Source of the DNA: Candidatus Binatia bacterium
GTDB taxonomy: Bacteria > Desulfobacterota > Binatia > HRBIN30
Reading direction: 5' to 3'
NCBI GenBank assembly: GCA_038245295.1
Contig: JBBRSP010000003.1
Coordinates: 256,001-320,000 of the forward strand
DNA: 64,000 bases
The position numbers and the translations under genes are program-made. The notes beneath the pieces are model-generated. The model was not told the DNA's origin. It worked only from the letters and a program-made list of their open reading frames with translations, and searched no databases. Positions 29,528-40,127 of this stretch are shown here, one piece after another (position 1 is the stretch's first letter; each line of letters starts with the position of its first letter).

Positions 29528-31336
29528 TTACTCCTGACAGGAAGCCCGGGTCGGCGATACGCTGCACGCCACGTTGCGGCTCAGCCCGCATTGGCCGTTA
29601 GCGCTCGCGCTAGCCGTGTTACCCAAGGCAAGCGTGGCGCGCAGAGGCCCGATCGGACTCGCCATGGTGGTGTCACCGGTGGTGATCGCGACCTTCACTT
29701 CGCGCGACGAAACCGAATGGTAGGCGATCCGACGCAGCCCACGTGCAGAACCGGGTGTGCAGGCCGGCGCATCGAGCGCCCCAGAGCCGTTCTTGTAGGT
29801 CGTTGCCTTGGTCTTCTCGTTCCATCCATCGCGTGTCGGATTGCAGGCGGAGGTTGTCGAAGGCGGAACAGCTACTGTTGCCGTCGTGAGCGCGAACAGG
29901 GCGGCACTGCCGGCGCCGAGGTCTTCCAGCAGGATCTGGGCGCCGTCGGCAAGGCTGGCGACCGGCACACCATCGGGGAAGAACAGCCGTCCGGATAGAT
30001 TGAGACGCTGCTTGCCGTTGGCCTTGTTGAGGCCGTTGACGCGGACGCGCAAGTCGTTGATGTAGCCGCCGTTCGTGCAGGCCGGCGTTCCCGTGGGCAG
30101 GCAGCCGCCGGCAACAGCCTCCGGCGTCCACCAGTTTCCAGACATCACCACCATGGCCAGCAGTTTCAGCGTGTTCTCGTAGTAGCCGGCCTCGGTGATC
30201 GGCGTGTTGTTGATGCGATCCCACAGGGAATCGAGCCAGGGCTGGTTGCCGGCGTCGACCATGGCGCCGACCCCGAGCGGCGCGACGAAAGCCATCGACA
30301 AATAGTCGGAGCCGGGAAGTGGCGTGCCGTCGAGTTGGTAGCCACTCTGAATCAGGTTGGGACTGTTGCTCGTGGCGCTGCGAACCCAGGTGTTGATCTT
30401 CTGTACCGCCGCGTGCGCGCGACTGTCGCCGGACATCAAGAAGTCGGTCGCGAGACGCCATGGATCGCGGCACGCGTTGTAGTTGTAGGCTCCGTCGAAG
30501 GGGCTTTCGAGAAAGTTTGCCGGGGCGGGGGTTGGGCTGATCAGCGGATCGCGGACGAAGTCCGGTAGCAGTCCCGTGGTCGGACTGGCGTTCGATTGCA
30601 GGTTGCTGACCAGGTTGAACGTCGCATTGCGCAGGGCCAGCCAACTGGGATCGGCCGCGGCGTCGGCAAAGGCGCGGTAGTGGTCGGGCATGAAATCGGA
30701 GGAGCGTGTCGAGGGATAGTAGGTGTTGTCGGAACCACTCACCCAGTTTCCGAGGAGGACGTATTGGCCACTCGTGTCGAGCGTCGCGGTCTTGATGTCA
30801 GAGAGCACCGCCAAGGCGGCGCCGCGGTAGTCGATGGCGCCGCAGCTGCCCCATTGTTTGTCGGCGACGAGCAGGGCGAAGGCGATGTCCAGGTCGCCAT
30901 CGGAGGCGCTGTCGTTGGCATTGGCGGCGTTGCGGCACGATGTCGTTTGGTTCCAGGCCATCAGGTTCGGGTTTGCCTCGGTCGGATGGTCGCGGAAGTA
31001 CGCGTACATCCCGTCGAAGATCTGGCGCGCCTCCGGATCGTGGCCCGCCATCAGCGCGGCGAGGATCATACCGTACCCGTGACCTTCCGAAACGGTGAGA
31101 TTGCGCGACGAGGTATGTGTCGCAACGACGTAGCGGCCGCTGCCGCAGCGTTGCAGCAGAAACCTCTGCTTCCAATCGTCGTAGAAGTCGGCGGTGGTCT
31201 GATCGAGATTGGCGCGGTTCGGAAAGATGGCGCCAGCGGTGTAAGGAACGCGATGTGAGCCGAACGGATGATTCTGCGCCGCCGCCGAGGTAACGACGAT
31301 AAGGCTTGTAGCAAACAGGGCTAAGGCGAATCGCAT
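29528..31336 (-). CDS. Secreted GH8 glycoside hydrolase with Cys-containing C-terminal domain
   Basis: TVSEGHGYGM, SASDGDLDIAFAL, YNYNACR.PWR, YYENTL. Confidence 0.88.
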   Translation of the reverse strand: MRFALALFATSLIVVTSAAAQNHPFGSHRVPYTAGAIFPNRANLDQTTADFYDDWKQRFLLQRCGSGRYVVATHTSSRNLTVSEGHGYGMILAALMAGHDPEARQIFDGMYAYFRDHPTEANPNLMAWNQTTSCRNAANANDSASDGDLDIAFALLVADKQWGSCGAIDYRGAALAVLSDIKTATLDTSGQYVLLGNWVSGSDNTYYPSTRSSDFMPDHYRAFADAAADPSWLALRNATFNLVSNLQSNASPTTGLLPDFVRDPLISPTPAPANFLESPFDGAYNYNACRDPWRLATDFLMSGDSRAHAAVQKINTWVRSATSNSPNLIQSGYQLDGTPLPGSDYLSMAFVAPLGVGAMVDAGNQPWLDSLWDRINNTPITEAGYYENTLKLLAMVVMSGNWWTPEAVAGGCLPTGTPACTNGGYINDLRVRVNGLNKANGKQRLNLSGRLFFPDGVPVASLADGAQILLEDLGAGSAALFALTTATVAVPPSTTSACNPTRDGWNEKTKATTYKNGSGALDAPACTPGSARGLRRIAYHSVSSREVKVAITTGDTTMASPIGPLRATLALGNTASASANGQCGLSRNVACSVSPTRASCQE

Positions 31337-31447
31337 CGACGCAGTCCTCTCTTACGTTGCGTTTGCTGAGTATGCCGCCTCGTCGCCTTCAGCAAGCCGC
31401 TTTTTCGGCTGTGCTCCGGCGGATAGGGGCACGGGCTACGGAGTGGG

Positions 31448-32629
31448 TTAGGCTTCGACGTGTTCTTCGGCGGCGCGCGCGGTGATGGCGAAGAGTAGGG
31501 CAACGATCCCGAAGGTGATCAGGGCCCCGCGCATGGATTGATCGAGCAGCCAGCCGGCGATGGGATTGACCACGGCGACTGCGAGAGTGCGTACCATCGA
31601 GATCGTCGAGAGAATGGTTGCGCGTTGCGCGGCTGGAATGTGTTGATTCATCGCTGCCAAGAACAGCGGCGGGCGAGACATACCGAACGCGGCGGACAGG
31701 ACGATGGCGGCGATGAGAAAAGGGGCGCGATCGGTGGCCGCCATGGCGAGGTAACAGACTCCCGGCACTACGGCGCTGAGGAACAAATAGCGGGCGCGGG
31801 AGCCGATGAGATGTTCGACACGCTCAATGTTGGTGAGCAGGAGAATCTGGCCGAGGCACATGGCGGCATGCACGAGGCCGAACCAGCGGATCCCGATGCC
31901 GCCGCGTTCGAGTTGCGGTTGATAGAGCCAGATGATGAGCCAGGCGAGCGCTGAGGCGCCGACCATATCGGCAGTGAGGGCGCGTAGTGTCGGATGATGG
32001 CGAAAGTACGCCATGCCCGAGCGTAAGGTGCGCCAGTAGTCGGCGAGCGATTGACCACCGGCGGCTGCCTTGGGCTCGACGAGCGACAGGGCGATACCGA
32101 CGACAAACAGGCTAGGTATTGTCTGCATCATCATTGTGGCGCGCACGCCAAGGCTCGCGGCGATGAAACCGCCGGCGGTGGCGCCGTAGATGATGCCGGC
32201 CAGCTTCCATGACTCGAGCTGGCCGAAGATACGCTTCGACTCCGCCGTCCGCCCGAGAATCTCCAGCGTGTCGTAGACCAATGCGTCGTCGGCACCCGAC
32301 ATGAGGGTCATCGACGTCGCGACGAAGACCTCGCCGATGAGGAAGATGCGAAAATCGGCGACGCTTGTGTAGACAAGCCAGCCGACGGCGCCGACGAGTC
32401 CGCCGAGCGCCAGTGAGAATTTGCGGCCGACGACATCCGCAACCGTCCCCGTCGGTACCTCCAGCAGGAAATTCCAAAACATGAACCAGGCGTTCAACGT
32501 GAAAATCTGGGTGAAGCTGATGCCGCCCCAATCCCGGAAAAACGGGATCAGCACCGATGCCATGAAGTGCGTCCAGTATAACAACCGGATGGCCTTCATC
32601 TTCGCGATATTGTGCTCGAGCTGCGACAT
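31448..32629 (-). CDS. MFS transporter
   Basis: EVPTGTVADVVGRK, SGADDALVYDTL, QRATILS. Confidence 0.85.
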   Translation of the reverse strand: MSQLEHNIAKMKAIRLLYWTHFMASVLIPFFRDWGGISFTQIFTLNAWFMFWNFLLEVPTGTVADVVGRKFSLALGGLVGAVGWLVYTSVADFRIFLIGEVFVATSMTLMSGADDALVYDTLEILGRTAESKRIFGQLESWKLAGIIYGATAGGFIAASLGVRATMMMQTIPSLFVVGIALSLVEPKAAAGGQSLADYWRTLRSGMAYFRHHPTLRALTADMVGASALAWLIIWLYQPQLERGGIGIRWFGLVHAAMCLGQILLLTNIERVEHLIGSRARYLFLSAVVPGVCYLAMAATDRAPFLIAAIVLSAAFGMSRPPLFLAAMNQHIPAAQRATILSTISMVRTLAVAVVNPIAGWLLDQSMRGALITFGIVALLFAITARAAEEHVEA

Positions 32630-32860
32630 CACGTGTGGCTAGCGCGAACGCGGCAAGGGCAGCAAGGCGAGTCGTTTGCACAGAGGTGGACTTGCGTGTC
32701 TGTGCCCGTGCCCGGTCGTGGTGATCTTGCGCAGCGGGCGCAAGGGCAGGGGCAAGGCAATGAGGCAACTCTCCTCCTTCCCGAGCCATTCCGCCGGCGA
32801 CCCGGTGGTTCCCCTGATGATGCATCAATGGTAACCGGGGGCCTCGCTTTGGAGGTTCGC

Positions 32861-34555
32861 ATGCATGATCTGATCGTTCGTAACGGCACGGTCGTCGACG
32901 GTACCGGGCGTGAGCGCTTTGAAGGCGACGTTGCGGTGGATGGCGGCAAGATCAGCGCGGTCGGGAAAGTGAGCGGCCGTGGTCGGTGCGAGATCGACGC
33001 GCGCGGCCTGCTGGTAGCTCCCGGTTGGGTCGACATTCATACCCACTACGATGGACAGGTGACGTGGGATCCGATTCTCGCTCCCTCGAGCTGGCAAGGT
33101 GTAACGACTTTGGTGATGGGCAACTGTGGGGTCGGTTTCGCCCCCGTACGACGCGGCTCCGAAGCCTTCTTGATCGAGTTGATGGAGGGCGTTGAGGATA
33201 TCCCGGGCACAGCGCTGCACGAAGGGATCGACTGGCGCTGGGAGAGCTTTCCGGAGTACCTCGATGCGCTCGAGCGGATGCCCCGTGTGCTCGACGTCGC
33301 GGCTCAGGTGCCGCATTGTTCGATTCGCGCGTTTGTTCTGGGCGAACGAGCCCATGATGTGAATGTGAGCTCGGACGAGATCGGAGCGATGTCGCGCCTG
33401 ACGCTGGAAGCAATGCGGGCGGGGGCGGTGGGTTTCTCGACGTCGCGGACGATCCTGCATCGCTCACGTCACGGCCTCGTGCCCGGTACGCATTCCACCC
33501 CGGAGGAGTTGGTCGGGATCGGCAGGGCACTTGGCACGGCCGGCCACGGAGTCTTCGAGATGGTCTCGGATCTTCAGGGCCAAGAGCCGGATCTTTCGTG
33601 GATGAAGGAGTTTTGCCGCTCGACCGGACGCGCCATCACGTTCGCTCTAGCACAATCGCCGCTTCAGCCGACCGCATGGCGATCGACGCTGGACCGCGTG
33701 CACGAGTTGTCGCGCGACGGACTGAACATTGTGCCGCAGGTGCCCTGTCGTCCGACCGGCATGCTGTTTGGGCTGCAGAGCTCGTTCCATTCCTTCCTGC
33801 TGCATCCTACCTATCGCGATGAGCTGGCCCCGTTGCCCTTGGCGGAACGCGTCGTTCGGATGCGCGATCCACAGGTGCGGGCGCGTATCCTTTCCGAGGA
33901 GCCCGACACGACCAATCCGATCGCCCGCGTGCTGATGAGTAACTGGACACGCATCTTTCCCTTAGGCGATCCGCCGGGCTACGAGCCGACCGAGGAGGCA
34001 AGCGCCGCCAGCGTCGCCAGCCGCGTCGGCAAGCGTCCCGAAGAGGTTGTCTACGATTGGATGCTCGAGCGTGATGGCAAGCAGTTCCTGTTTGCGCCGC
34101 TCGCCAATTACGTCGACTGCAATTTCGACGCGTTGCGCGAGATGTTGTTGCATCCGAACACGGTGCAGGGCCTGTCGGACGGTGGGGCGCACTGCGGCCT
34201 GATCTGCGATGCCAGTATGCCAACCTACCTCCTATCGTACTGGGTGCGAGATCGTCGGCGCGGCGAGAGGATTCCACTCGAACACGCCGTGCGCCTGCAG
34301 ACCCACAACACGGCCAAGGTCTACGGCTTCGACGATCGCGGCACGCTCGAGGTCGGCAAGAAGGCGGACATCAACGTGATCGACTTCGACAAGCTGCACG
34401 TGCCGGCGCCCGAGATGGTATTCGATCTTCCGGCCGGAGGGCGACGCCTGGTGCAGCGCGCCGAGGGGTACCGAGCGACGATTGTCGCGGGCACCGTCAC
34501 GTTTGAAGATGGCACTCACACCGGCGCGTTACCGGGTGGGTTGGTGCGCGCGTAA
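32861..34555 (+). CDS. N-acyl-D-amino-acid deacylase-like amidohydrolase
   Basis: [43 protein letters not shown]. Confidence 0.9.
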   Translation: MHDLIVRNGTVVDGTGRERFEGDVAVDGGKISAVGKVSGRGRCEIDARGLLVAPGWVDIHTHYDGQVTWDPILAPSSWQGVTTLVMGNCGVGFAPVRRGSEAFLIELMEGVEDIPGTALHEGIDWRWESFPEYLDALERMPRVLDVAAQVPHCSIRAFVLGERAHDVNVSSDEIGAMSRLTLEAMRAGAVGFSTSRTILHRSRHGLVPGTHSTPEELVGIGRALGTAGHGVFEMVSDLQGQEPDLSWMKEFCRSTGRAITFALAQSPLQPTAWRSTLDRVHELSRDGLNIVPQVPCRPTGMLFGLQSSFHSFLLHPTYRDELAPLPLAERVVRMRDPQVRARILSEEPDTTNPIARVLMSNWTRIFPLGDPPGYEPTEEASAASVASRVGKRPEEVVYDWMLERDGKQFLFAPLANYVDCNFDALREMLLHPNTVQGLSDGGAHCGLICDASMPTYLLSYWVRDRRRGERIPLEHAVRLQTHNTAKVYGFDDRGTLEVGKKADINVIDFDKLHVPAPEMVFDLPAGGRRLVQRAEGYRATIVAGTVTFEDGTHTGALPGGLVRA

Positions 34556-34561
34556 GCCGTC

Positions 34562-35017
34562 TCAGGTCGGTGTGCTGGCAGCCTTTGCTTGGACGGTGAA
34601 ACCGACCTCCTGGCCGAAGGAGATCTCGAGGTTGTGGCCGTCCGGATCGACGATGTAGGCCCAGTATCCGACCGGATAGCCATAATCCATCGGGCCGACG
34701 GTCATGGTGCCCTCCGTCTTGGCAAGCTCGCACAAACGATCGACCTCAGACCGACTTTCGACGCCGATACCGAGGTGCCCAAATAACCCGCCTAGACAAG
34801 CCCCGCCGAGGTCCGGCTGTTCGATGAGCACGACGACAAACGGCCGCGTGAGATCGCTGATCCAGGCCACTTGCGTACCGTTGGTAGCGTCGGCCCGCCG
34901 GTGCACGACCTGCATTCGGGCGTACTTGGCATAGAACGCCACGCTGGTGTCGAGGTGACGAACGGGGAGGGCGACGTGTGTCGCGCCGAGATCACGATGC
35001 GGATCCGTCTTCTCCAT
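34562..35017 (-). CDS. VOC/glyoxalase family protein
   Basis: THVALPV, HLG, DPDGHNLE. Confidence 0.88.
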   Translation of the reverse strand: MEKTDPHRDLGATHVALPVRHLDTSVAFYAKYARMQVVHRRADATNGTQVAWISDLTRPFVVVLIEQPDLGGACLGGLFGHLGIGVESRSEVDRLCELAKTEGTMTVGPMDYGYPVGYWAYIVDPDGHNLEISFGQEVGFTVQAKAASTPT

Positions 35018-35088
35018 CGATTTCTCCCCTCTGTAACAGCTTTGCCGGCGGACTCGCCCCGGTGCTTAGCCGGAGGAGTTGCCAGCCT

Positions 35089-35973
35089 TTACGCGTTCGC
35101 CGTCAACTCGCCGATGGCCGCGACGATCTGCGGGCGCAGTTCCTTCGGCATGTCGTGGCCCATTCCTTCAATGACGATCAACTTGGCGCCGGGAATGGCG
35201 GCCGCTGTTGCCTGACCGCCTTCGACGGGTACCAAGGGGTCATCCTTGCCATGGATGACCAAGGTTGGAACCTTGACGTTCTTGAGTGCTTCGGTCCGAT
35301 TTCCCGAGGCGAGGATGGCGACCAGTTGGCGTGCGACGCCGGTTGGATTGAACCCGCGGTCATAGGAGCGCGAGGCGACCGAGCGGACCTCGTCTTCGTC
35401 GAAGGGAAAGCCGGGACTGCCGATGGTGCGGAAAATGTTGACGCCACGTTCGATGCTGGCTTCGCGATCGGCGGGCAGCGGTGCCAGCAAGGCACCCGTC
35501 GCCTCGGCGCGAGGTTGCGGCAACGTCGGATCACCTGTCGTCGACATAATCGAGGTGAGGGTGCGAACGCGATGCGGATGGTCGATGGCAAATTGCTGCG
35601 CGATCATCCCGCCCATGGAAGCGCCGACGATGTGGGCCGACTCGATGCCGATTGCGTCGAGGAGGCCGGCGGCGTCGGCGGCCATGTCCTTTAGTAAATA
35701 CGGCGCCTCATCAACCGGTTGGCCGGTGAGTGCCTTCATCATAACCGACATTACATCGGGCAATCCGAGATGTTCGAAGGAGGTGGACTGACCGACGTCG
35801 CGATTATCGAAGCGCACAACTCGGTGGCCCTGCTGCGCGAACATTTCGCACATTTCTTCGCGCCACATGATCATCTGACCACCGAGGCCCATGATCAGCA
35901 GCAGGGGGCGGCCGTTTGGATCACCGAATTCATCGTAGGTTATTTCGATACCGTTGGCTTTGACTGTAGGCAT
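35089..35973 (-). CDS. Alpha/beta hydrolase
   Basis: FDNRDVG, GASMGG nucleophile, HG..DPLVP, GMGHD. Confidence 0.92.
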   Translation of the reverse strand: MPTVKANGIEITYDEFGDPNGRPLLLIMGLGGQMIMWREEMCEMFAQQGHRVVRFDNRDVGQSTSFEHLGLPDVMSVMMKALTGQPVDEAPYLLKDMAADAAGLLDAIGIESAHIVGASMGGMIAQQFAIDHPHRVRTLTSIMSTTGDPTLPQPRAEATGALLAPLPADREASIERGVNIFRTIGSPGFPFDEDEVRSVASRSYDRGFNPTGVARQLVAILASGNRTEALKNVKVPTLVIHGKDDPLVPVEGGQATAAAIPGAKLIVIEGMGHDMPKELRPQIVAAIGELTANA

Positions 35974-36063
35974 GCCCACCGAATAACAAGCTGGTATCGG
36001 TCGACTCAAGGTGGGGGTCGCAGTTCTTAGCGCGATGGTGCCGGGCGGTTTTGGCGCCGGACA

Positions 36064-36119
36064 AATATAAAAGCACCACACGACATCCCGGGGTGCGAGG
36101 CCAGGATGTCGTGCGGTGC
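36064..36119 (-). terminator. Rho-independent terminator
   Basis: 16-bp stem gcaccgcacgacatcc/ggatgtcgtgtggtgc followed by ttttatattt on the minus strand. Confidence 0.75.
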
Positions 36120-36144
36120 GCGTGCGGTTGCGGCGGAGGAAGGG

Positions 36145-36684
36145 CTAGCTGGCCGCACGCATGTCGCGCGGAACGGAGGCTTCGCTGGTAACCTTGATGT
36201 CTTCGGCGCCTGCCTTCTCGAAGATCTTCTTGGCGTTTGCCGATTCTGTGGAGTCCTCGGTATGGACCGAGATCAGAATGTTACCGTCGCGAACCTTGCC
36301 TTCGTACCGCTTGGCTTCGAACTCTGGGATTCCCATCCCAACTAGAGCGCCGGTGAGGCCGCCGACCGCTGCACCAATAGCGGCGCCGCTGAGGGCGGCC
36401 ATGATCGGCCCAGCGGCAATGAGAGGACCAACGCCGGGGATAGCCAGGCTGCCGATCCCGACGAGCCACCCGAGTGTTCCGCCGAGAAGGCCACCGGCAC
36501 CGACGCCGGCCGCAGCACCTTCCGGCGCTTTGGTGTTCTGCTCGTGAGCGAAGTCACGTGTCCCCTGGTTGTCGGGGAACAGTGCCGAGATATCGTTGCT
36601 CGAGAAACCCGCGGCTTTGAGCTCGCCGACAATACGTTCGGCCTGTGCGTGGGTCTTGGCGATGCAGAAAACTGCTTTTGACAT
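36145..36684 (-). CDS. General stress membrane protein (Gly-zipper, YflT/DUF3341-like)
   Basis: TKAPEGAAAG..LAIPGVGPLIAAGP..GIPEFEAKRYE. Confidence 0.8.
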   Translation of the reverse strand: MSKAVFCIAKTHAQAERIVGELKAAGFSSNDISALFPDNQGTRDFAHEQNTKAPEGAAAGVGAGGLLGGTLGWLVGIGSLAIPGVGPLIAAGPIMAALSGAAIGAAVGGLTGALVGMGIPEFEAKRYEGKVRDGNILISVHTEDSTESANAKKIFEKAGAEDIKVTSEASVPRDMRAAS

Positions 36685-36702
36685 GAGAGTGGTCCTTTCG
36701 GG

Positions 36703-37092
36703 TTATGGGGTTGTTTCGATTTCGAGTTGATTGTCGACGTGTTTCACGCCGCTGGTTTTGGTCGCCACACTGGCGATCTCGGCCTTTTCCGCGGCAGTTT
36801 TCACCGGCCCACGCAACGTGACGACCTGGTCGAGTGTGATGATCTTCACGTTGTGAGCGTTCATCGATAGCTTGTCGTTGGCGACCACGGCGGCACGGAT
36901 GGTCTGTGTGATGGTTCGATCGATCTCGCTGTTGCCCTGGTCGGTCGGCAACATCGAGCCACCTTTCGCATCACGCGCATTCCGAGCGCTGTTGTCGGCG
37001 TCAGGGTGTACCGCCTCCGCTAGCGTGTACTTCGGTGCGACGATCCCGAGCGATAGTGCGAGTAGTGCTGATGTTAGGAATGACGACTTCAT
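36703..37092 (-). CDS. BON-domain periplasmic protein
   Basis: Signal peptide; AHNVKIIT..VTLRGPV..VDNQLEI. Confidence 0.88.
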   Translation of the reverse strand: MKSSFLTSALLALSLGIVAPKYTLAEAVHPDADNSARNARDAKGGSMLPTDQGNSEIDRTITQTIRAAVVANDKLSMNAHNVKIITLDQVVTLRGPVKTAAEKAEIASVATKTSGVKHVDNQLEIETTP

Positions 37093-37135
37093 GGCTGAGA
37101 CCTCCAGGTGGGGCTGTTGGGGCTGCTTGGATCGA

Positions 37136-37243
37136 TCACGTACAACCGCGCAGCAGAAAGAGCGCAAGCAGCAAGGGGACCGGAATCCCGATGAGCCAGA
37201 GAAGGATCCATCCGGCTTCGCCTTTTTGGTTGAGTGACTTCAT
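37136..37243 (-). CDS. 35-aa single-TM microprotein
   Basis: GGAGG RBS; MKSLNQKGEAGWILLWLIGIPVPLLLALFLLRGCT*. Confidence 0.75.
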   Translation of the reverse strand: MKSLNQKGEAGWILLWLIGIPVPLLLALFLLRGCT

Positions 37244-37270
37244 TGCTGTCCTCCATGTGCAAAGGAGAAC

Positions 37271-37286
37271 AGCAACTTCCTTGCCG
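37271..37286 (-). promoter_or_regulatory. sigma54 promoter
   Basis: CGGCAAGGAAGTTGCT (GG-N10-GC), just upstream of the RBS of the 37243 ORF. Confidence 0.6.
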
Positions 37287-37547
37287 CGGCGCGTGTGGAG
37301 CCGTTCGTTGCGCTGTGGGCGCCGTGTGTGGCCGACTCAGCCTGCTTCTACAAGAGATTGTGTAATTCGCGGCAGATCGCGCGGCCGGCCCGCTGCGAAG
37401 CCGTACACCTCACAGTCAGTTTGCAGCACCTTCTGGCTGTGGGTTGTTTTGTTGCACTCTTTGTAGGTCTTGCAGGAGAGAGCACATTACGACTCCGGCG
37501 CACGGCGAAATCCGGCCCGGCGCATCCCATTTGCTCTTGGCTACGCT

Positions 37548-37563
37548 TGGCACAGAATCGGCT
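37548..37563 (+). promoter_or_regulatory. Possible sigma54 promoter
   Basis: TGGCACAGAATCGGCT (GG-N10-GC); would give a nearly leaderless mRNA for the ATG at 37577. Confidence 0.45.
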
Positions 37564-37576
37564 CAACCTGAGAACA

Positions 37577-37972
37577 ATGGAACTCCCGCGCGAAACGATT
37601 CCAACCACCACCAATGGCGAACAATCCTTGGGCTCCGTATTCGAGCGACTCGTGACGGCCAGCCAAGGGACGATCACCAAACGCATCGACTTGGCCATCC
37701 TCGAGGGCCAGGAAGTTCTGACGCGCGGAGCCAAGGCTTCGTTCGTTGGTGCGTTGGCGGTTCTTTTGGCTTCCATGGCATGGGCGGCCCTGATCGCCGC
37801 CGTCGTCTTGGCTCTGACACCGGAGTCGACGCCGGCAGTCCATCTGGCGCTTTTTGGGGCCACCAATGCGGTGGCGGTCGTCCTACTCGCCGGGTTCGTG
37901 TTGACGCTTGTGCGTCCGCCTGTGCCTGCCGTTGGCAGCGGCACTGTCACCGGTAACAGCAGCAACAAATGA
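37577..37972 (+). CDS. YqjE/holin-superfamily-like 2-TM membrane protein
   Basis: SLGSVFERLV..RIDLAILE followed by two TMs. Confidence 0.6.
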   Translation: MELPRETIPTTTNGEQSLGSVFERLVTASQGTITKRIDLAILEGQEVLTRGAKASFVGALAVLLASMAWAALIAAVVLALTPESTPAVHLALFGATNAVAVVLLAGFVLTLVRPPVPAVGSGTVTGNSSNK

Positions 37973-37996
37973 ATGAGGTCATAGGGAGGACGTTTC

Positions 37997-38209
37997 GTGG
38001 ACACGGCAGAATTTGTCGATCAGCGCGAGGCTCTGCTGGAGTCTATCCAGCGCGACGAGGCGGAGATGCGGGTGGCGGTTCACGAGCTGACAGACGTCGC
38101 TCGTCGAGAATTCGACATCAGCGAACGCATTCGCGCCTATCCACTCGCATGGCTCGCTGGTGGGTTTCTCTTGGGACTGTGGCTTGCCCAGCGCGGTCGC
38201 CGCAATTGA
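37997..38209 (+). CDS. Small tail-anchored protein
   Basis: GGAGG RBS; coiled coil then PLAWLAGGFLLGLWL-RR. Confidence 0.7.
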   Translation: MDTAEFVDQREALLESIQRDEAEMRVAVHELTDVARREFDISERIRAYPLAWLAGGFLLGLWLAQRGRRN

Positions 38210-38227
38210 TCCACGAAGGGAGATAGT

Positions 38228-38530
38228 ATGTCGTTCCGGCCATTTTCAGCCTCAGGCAATTCCGTTGACGCACTCCAACGAGGGGTGCTCGACGTCGAGG
38301 AAGGCCTGCGGTCGTTGGTAAAAAAGCAACCCGTGGTAGCCGTCGTTGGCGCTGCGGGCCTTGGTTATGTGCTGGGTGGGGGCTTGCGATCGCGACTGAC
38401 CGCCGTGTTGTTCGGTATGGGAGCGCGGCTGGCAGCCGCTGTTGTCGTTCGCGAGCTCAGCGCCGCGCTGATTCCTCCTACGACCTTAGGCAATCAACCT
38501 ACCGTTAGCTTGAAAGGAGATTCGAAATGA
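38228..38530 (+). CDS. Small membrane protein (ElaB/YqjD-like P-x-Gly TM)
   Basis: VKKQPVVAVVGAAGLGYVLGGG. Confidence 0.6.
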   Translation: MSFRPFSASGNSVDALQRGVLDVEEGLRSLVKKQPVVAVVGAAGLGYVLGGGLRSRLTAVLFGMGARLAAAVVVRELSAALIPPTTLGNQPTVSLKGDSK

Positions 38531-38808
38531 AGCTCGAAGATATTCTGCAGGCCTTGCCGTCGCGCGAAGACGTTGCGGCGGCGGTGGGACTCCAGACGCG
38601 TCCATCGACGAGCACCGAAGTGCTCGGTGCGTTCGGTGTTTTTGGTGCCGGCATCCTGCTTGGTGCCGGACTGGCGCTCATCTTCGCTCCGAAAGCCGGC
38701 AGCGAGATCCGTCATGACATTGCGGAAAGCGTGGGAACCTTGGGAGAACGTCTGCGTGCCTCAACGGCGGACCAGACGCAGGGCAGTAATACGGAACTGC
38801 ATGCGTGA
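38527..38808 (+). CDS. YtxH-domain protein
   Basis: GILLGAGLALIFAPKAGSEIR. Confidence 0.85.
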   Translation: MKLEDILQALPSREDVAAAVGLQTRPSTSTEVLGAFGVFGAGILLGAGLALIFAPKAGSEIRHDIAESVGTLGERLRASTADQTQGSNTELHA

Positions 38809-38867
38809 CCAGATGTCTCGCCTCTCTAGCGGCGCCGCCTCGCGCGGCGTGTTAGAGAGGCGCGTCC

Positions 38868-40034
38868 ATGACTGATCCCGACGTTCATCGGCTTACCATC
38901 GGGGAGCGCGAAATCGTCCTCGTGGGCACAGCCCACATTTCAAAAGAATCGGCTGATCTCGCGCGCCGAGTCATCGAAGAAGAACAACCAGACACGCTTT
39001 GCCTCGAGCTCGACACGGCCCGTTACGAGCAACTTTCACAGGGCGAGAAGTTTGAGCAGCTCGACGTCAAAGAAATCATACGGCGTCAGCAGCTAATGCC
39101 GCTGCTCTTGAATCTCGTCTTGGTGTCATACCAGCGCCAGCTCGGCGGCAAGCTCGGCGTCAGCCCGGGAACAGAGTTCATTGTCGCCGCGGATGCGGCG
39201 CACGAGTTGGGTATTCCGCTGTCCCTTTGCGATCGCGACATTCGAGTGACCCTGCGCCGCGCTTGGGGAGCGATCTCGTTCTGGAAAAAGTTCCTGTTGC
39301 TGAGTAGCGTCATGGGCGCGGCATTCGAAGATCAGGAAATCAGCGAGGCCGACCTGCAACACATGCGCGAACAGGATGTAGTGACGCGCTTGATTGAAGA
39401 GTTGGGAGCGGCGTTTCCAGGCCTGGCCCAAGTCTTGATCTATGAGCGCGATACCTACCTGGCCGAGAAGATCCGTCGCAGCGACGGGCGGCGGATCGTT
39501 GCCGTCATCGGTGCCGGCCATGTCAGTGGGGTGAGGCGCATCCTCGAGTCGCAGGTGGGCGCGGACTTGACGCCGATGGAGACGATTCCGCCGGGTTCAT
39601 GGATCTGGACGTTTCTTGGCTGGAGTATGCCGGCGATGATCCTGGGGGCGATGTTGTGGATCGGGTGGCAGCGTGGAGCGGCGGCGGCGGGAGGCCAGGC
39701 CATTTCGTGGATCTTGATCACCGGAGTCCCAAGCATGGTCGGAACCATCCTGGCGGCCGGTCATCCCTTGACGATCTTGTCGGCGCTTTTGGCGGCGCCA
39801 ATCACGACCCTGACACCACTGCTCGGGGTTGGGTACATCACCGCGTTTGTGGAGGCATACCTGCGTCCGCCGCGAGTTTACGAATTGCGCAGTGCCGCGC
39901 AGGATGTCGGTGTGTTTTCGAAATGGTGGTCCAATCGACTCTTGCGGCTGTTCCTGGTGTTCATCCTCAGCTCGATCGGCGGGAGCGCCGGCATGTTTGC
40001 CGGCAGCACCCGCCTGATCCGCGAATTGTTCTGA
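38868..40034 (+). CDS. TraB/GumN (pheromone shutdown) family protein
   Basis: LVGTAHIS, CLELD, PGTEF, CDRDI, ERD.YLA, VIGAGH, C-terminal TMs. Confidence 0.9.
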   Translation: MTDPDVHRLTIGEREIVLVGTAHISKESADLARRVIEEEQPDTLCLELDTARYEQLSQGEKFEQLDVKEIIRRQQLMPLLLNLVLVSYQRQLGGKLGVSPGTEFIVAADAAHELGIPLSLCDRDIRVTLRRAWGAISFWKKFLLLSSVMGAAFEDQEISEADLQHMREQDVVTRLIEELGAAFPGLAQVLIYERDTYLAEKIRRSDGRRIVAVIGAGHVSGVRRILESQVGADLTPMETIPPGSWIWTFLGWSMPAMILGAMLWIGWQRGAAAAGGQAISWILITGVPSMVGTILAAGHPLTILSALLAAPITTLTPLLGVGYITAFVEAYLRPPRVYELRSAAQDVGVFSKWWSNRLLRLFLVFILSSIGGSAGMFAGSTRLIRELF

Positions 40035-40127
40035 CACATCTACTTGTTTGAGGCGGCGACGAACCGTCGCGCGGTGGGCACGCGGGGGGACCGAGCGCTG
40101 AGTGCCGCGACGACAGCCCGTGCCGCT

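Noticed and set aside
32640..32860. Intergenic GC-rich repeats and tgatgcatca palindrome as a riboswitch
   Set aside because: No recognisable aptamer consensus; evidence too weak.
37577..37972. Prophage suggested by the holin-like protein
   Set aside because: No phage genes nearby; the context is a stress membrane-protein operon.
38868..40034. TraB as a conjugation marker
   Set aside because: TraB/GumN pheromone-shutdown family member with no conjugative genes present.
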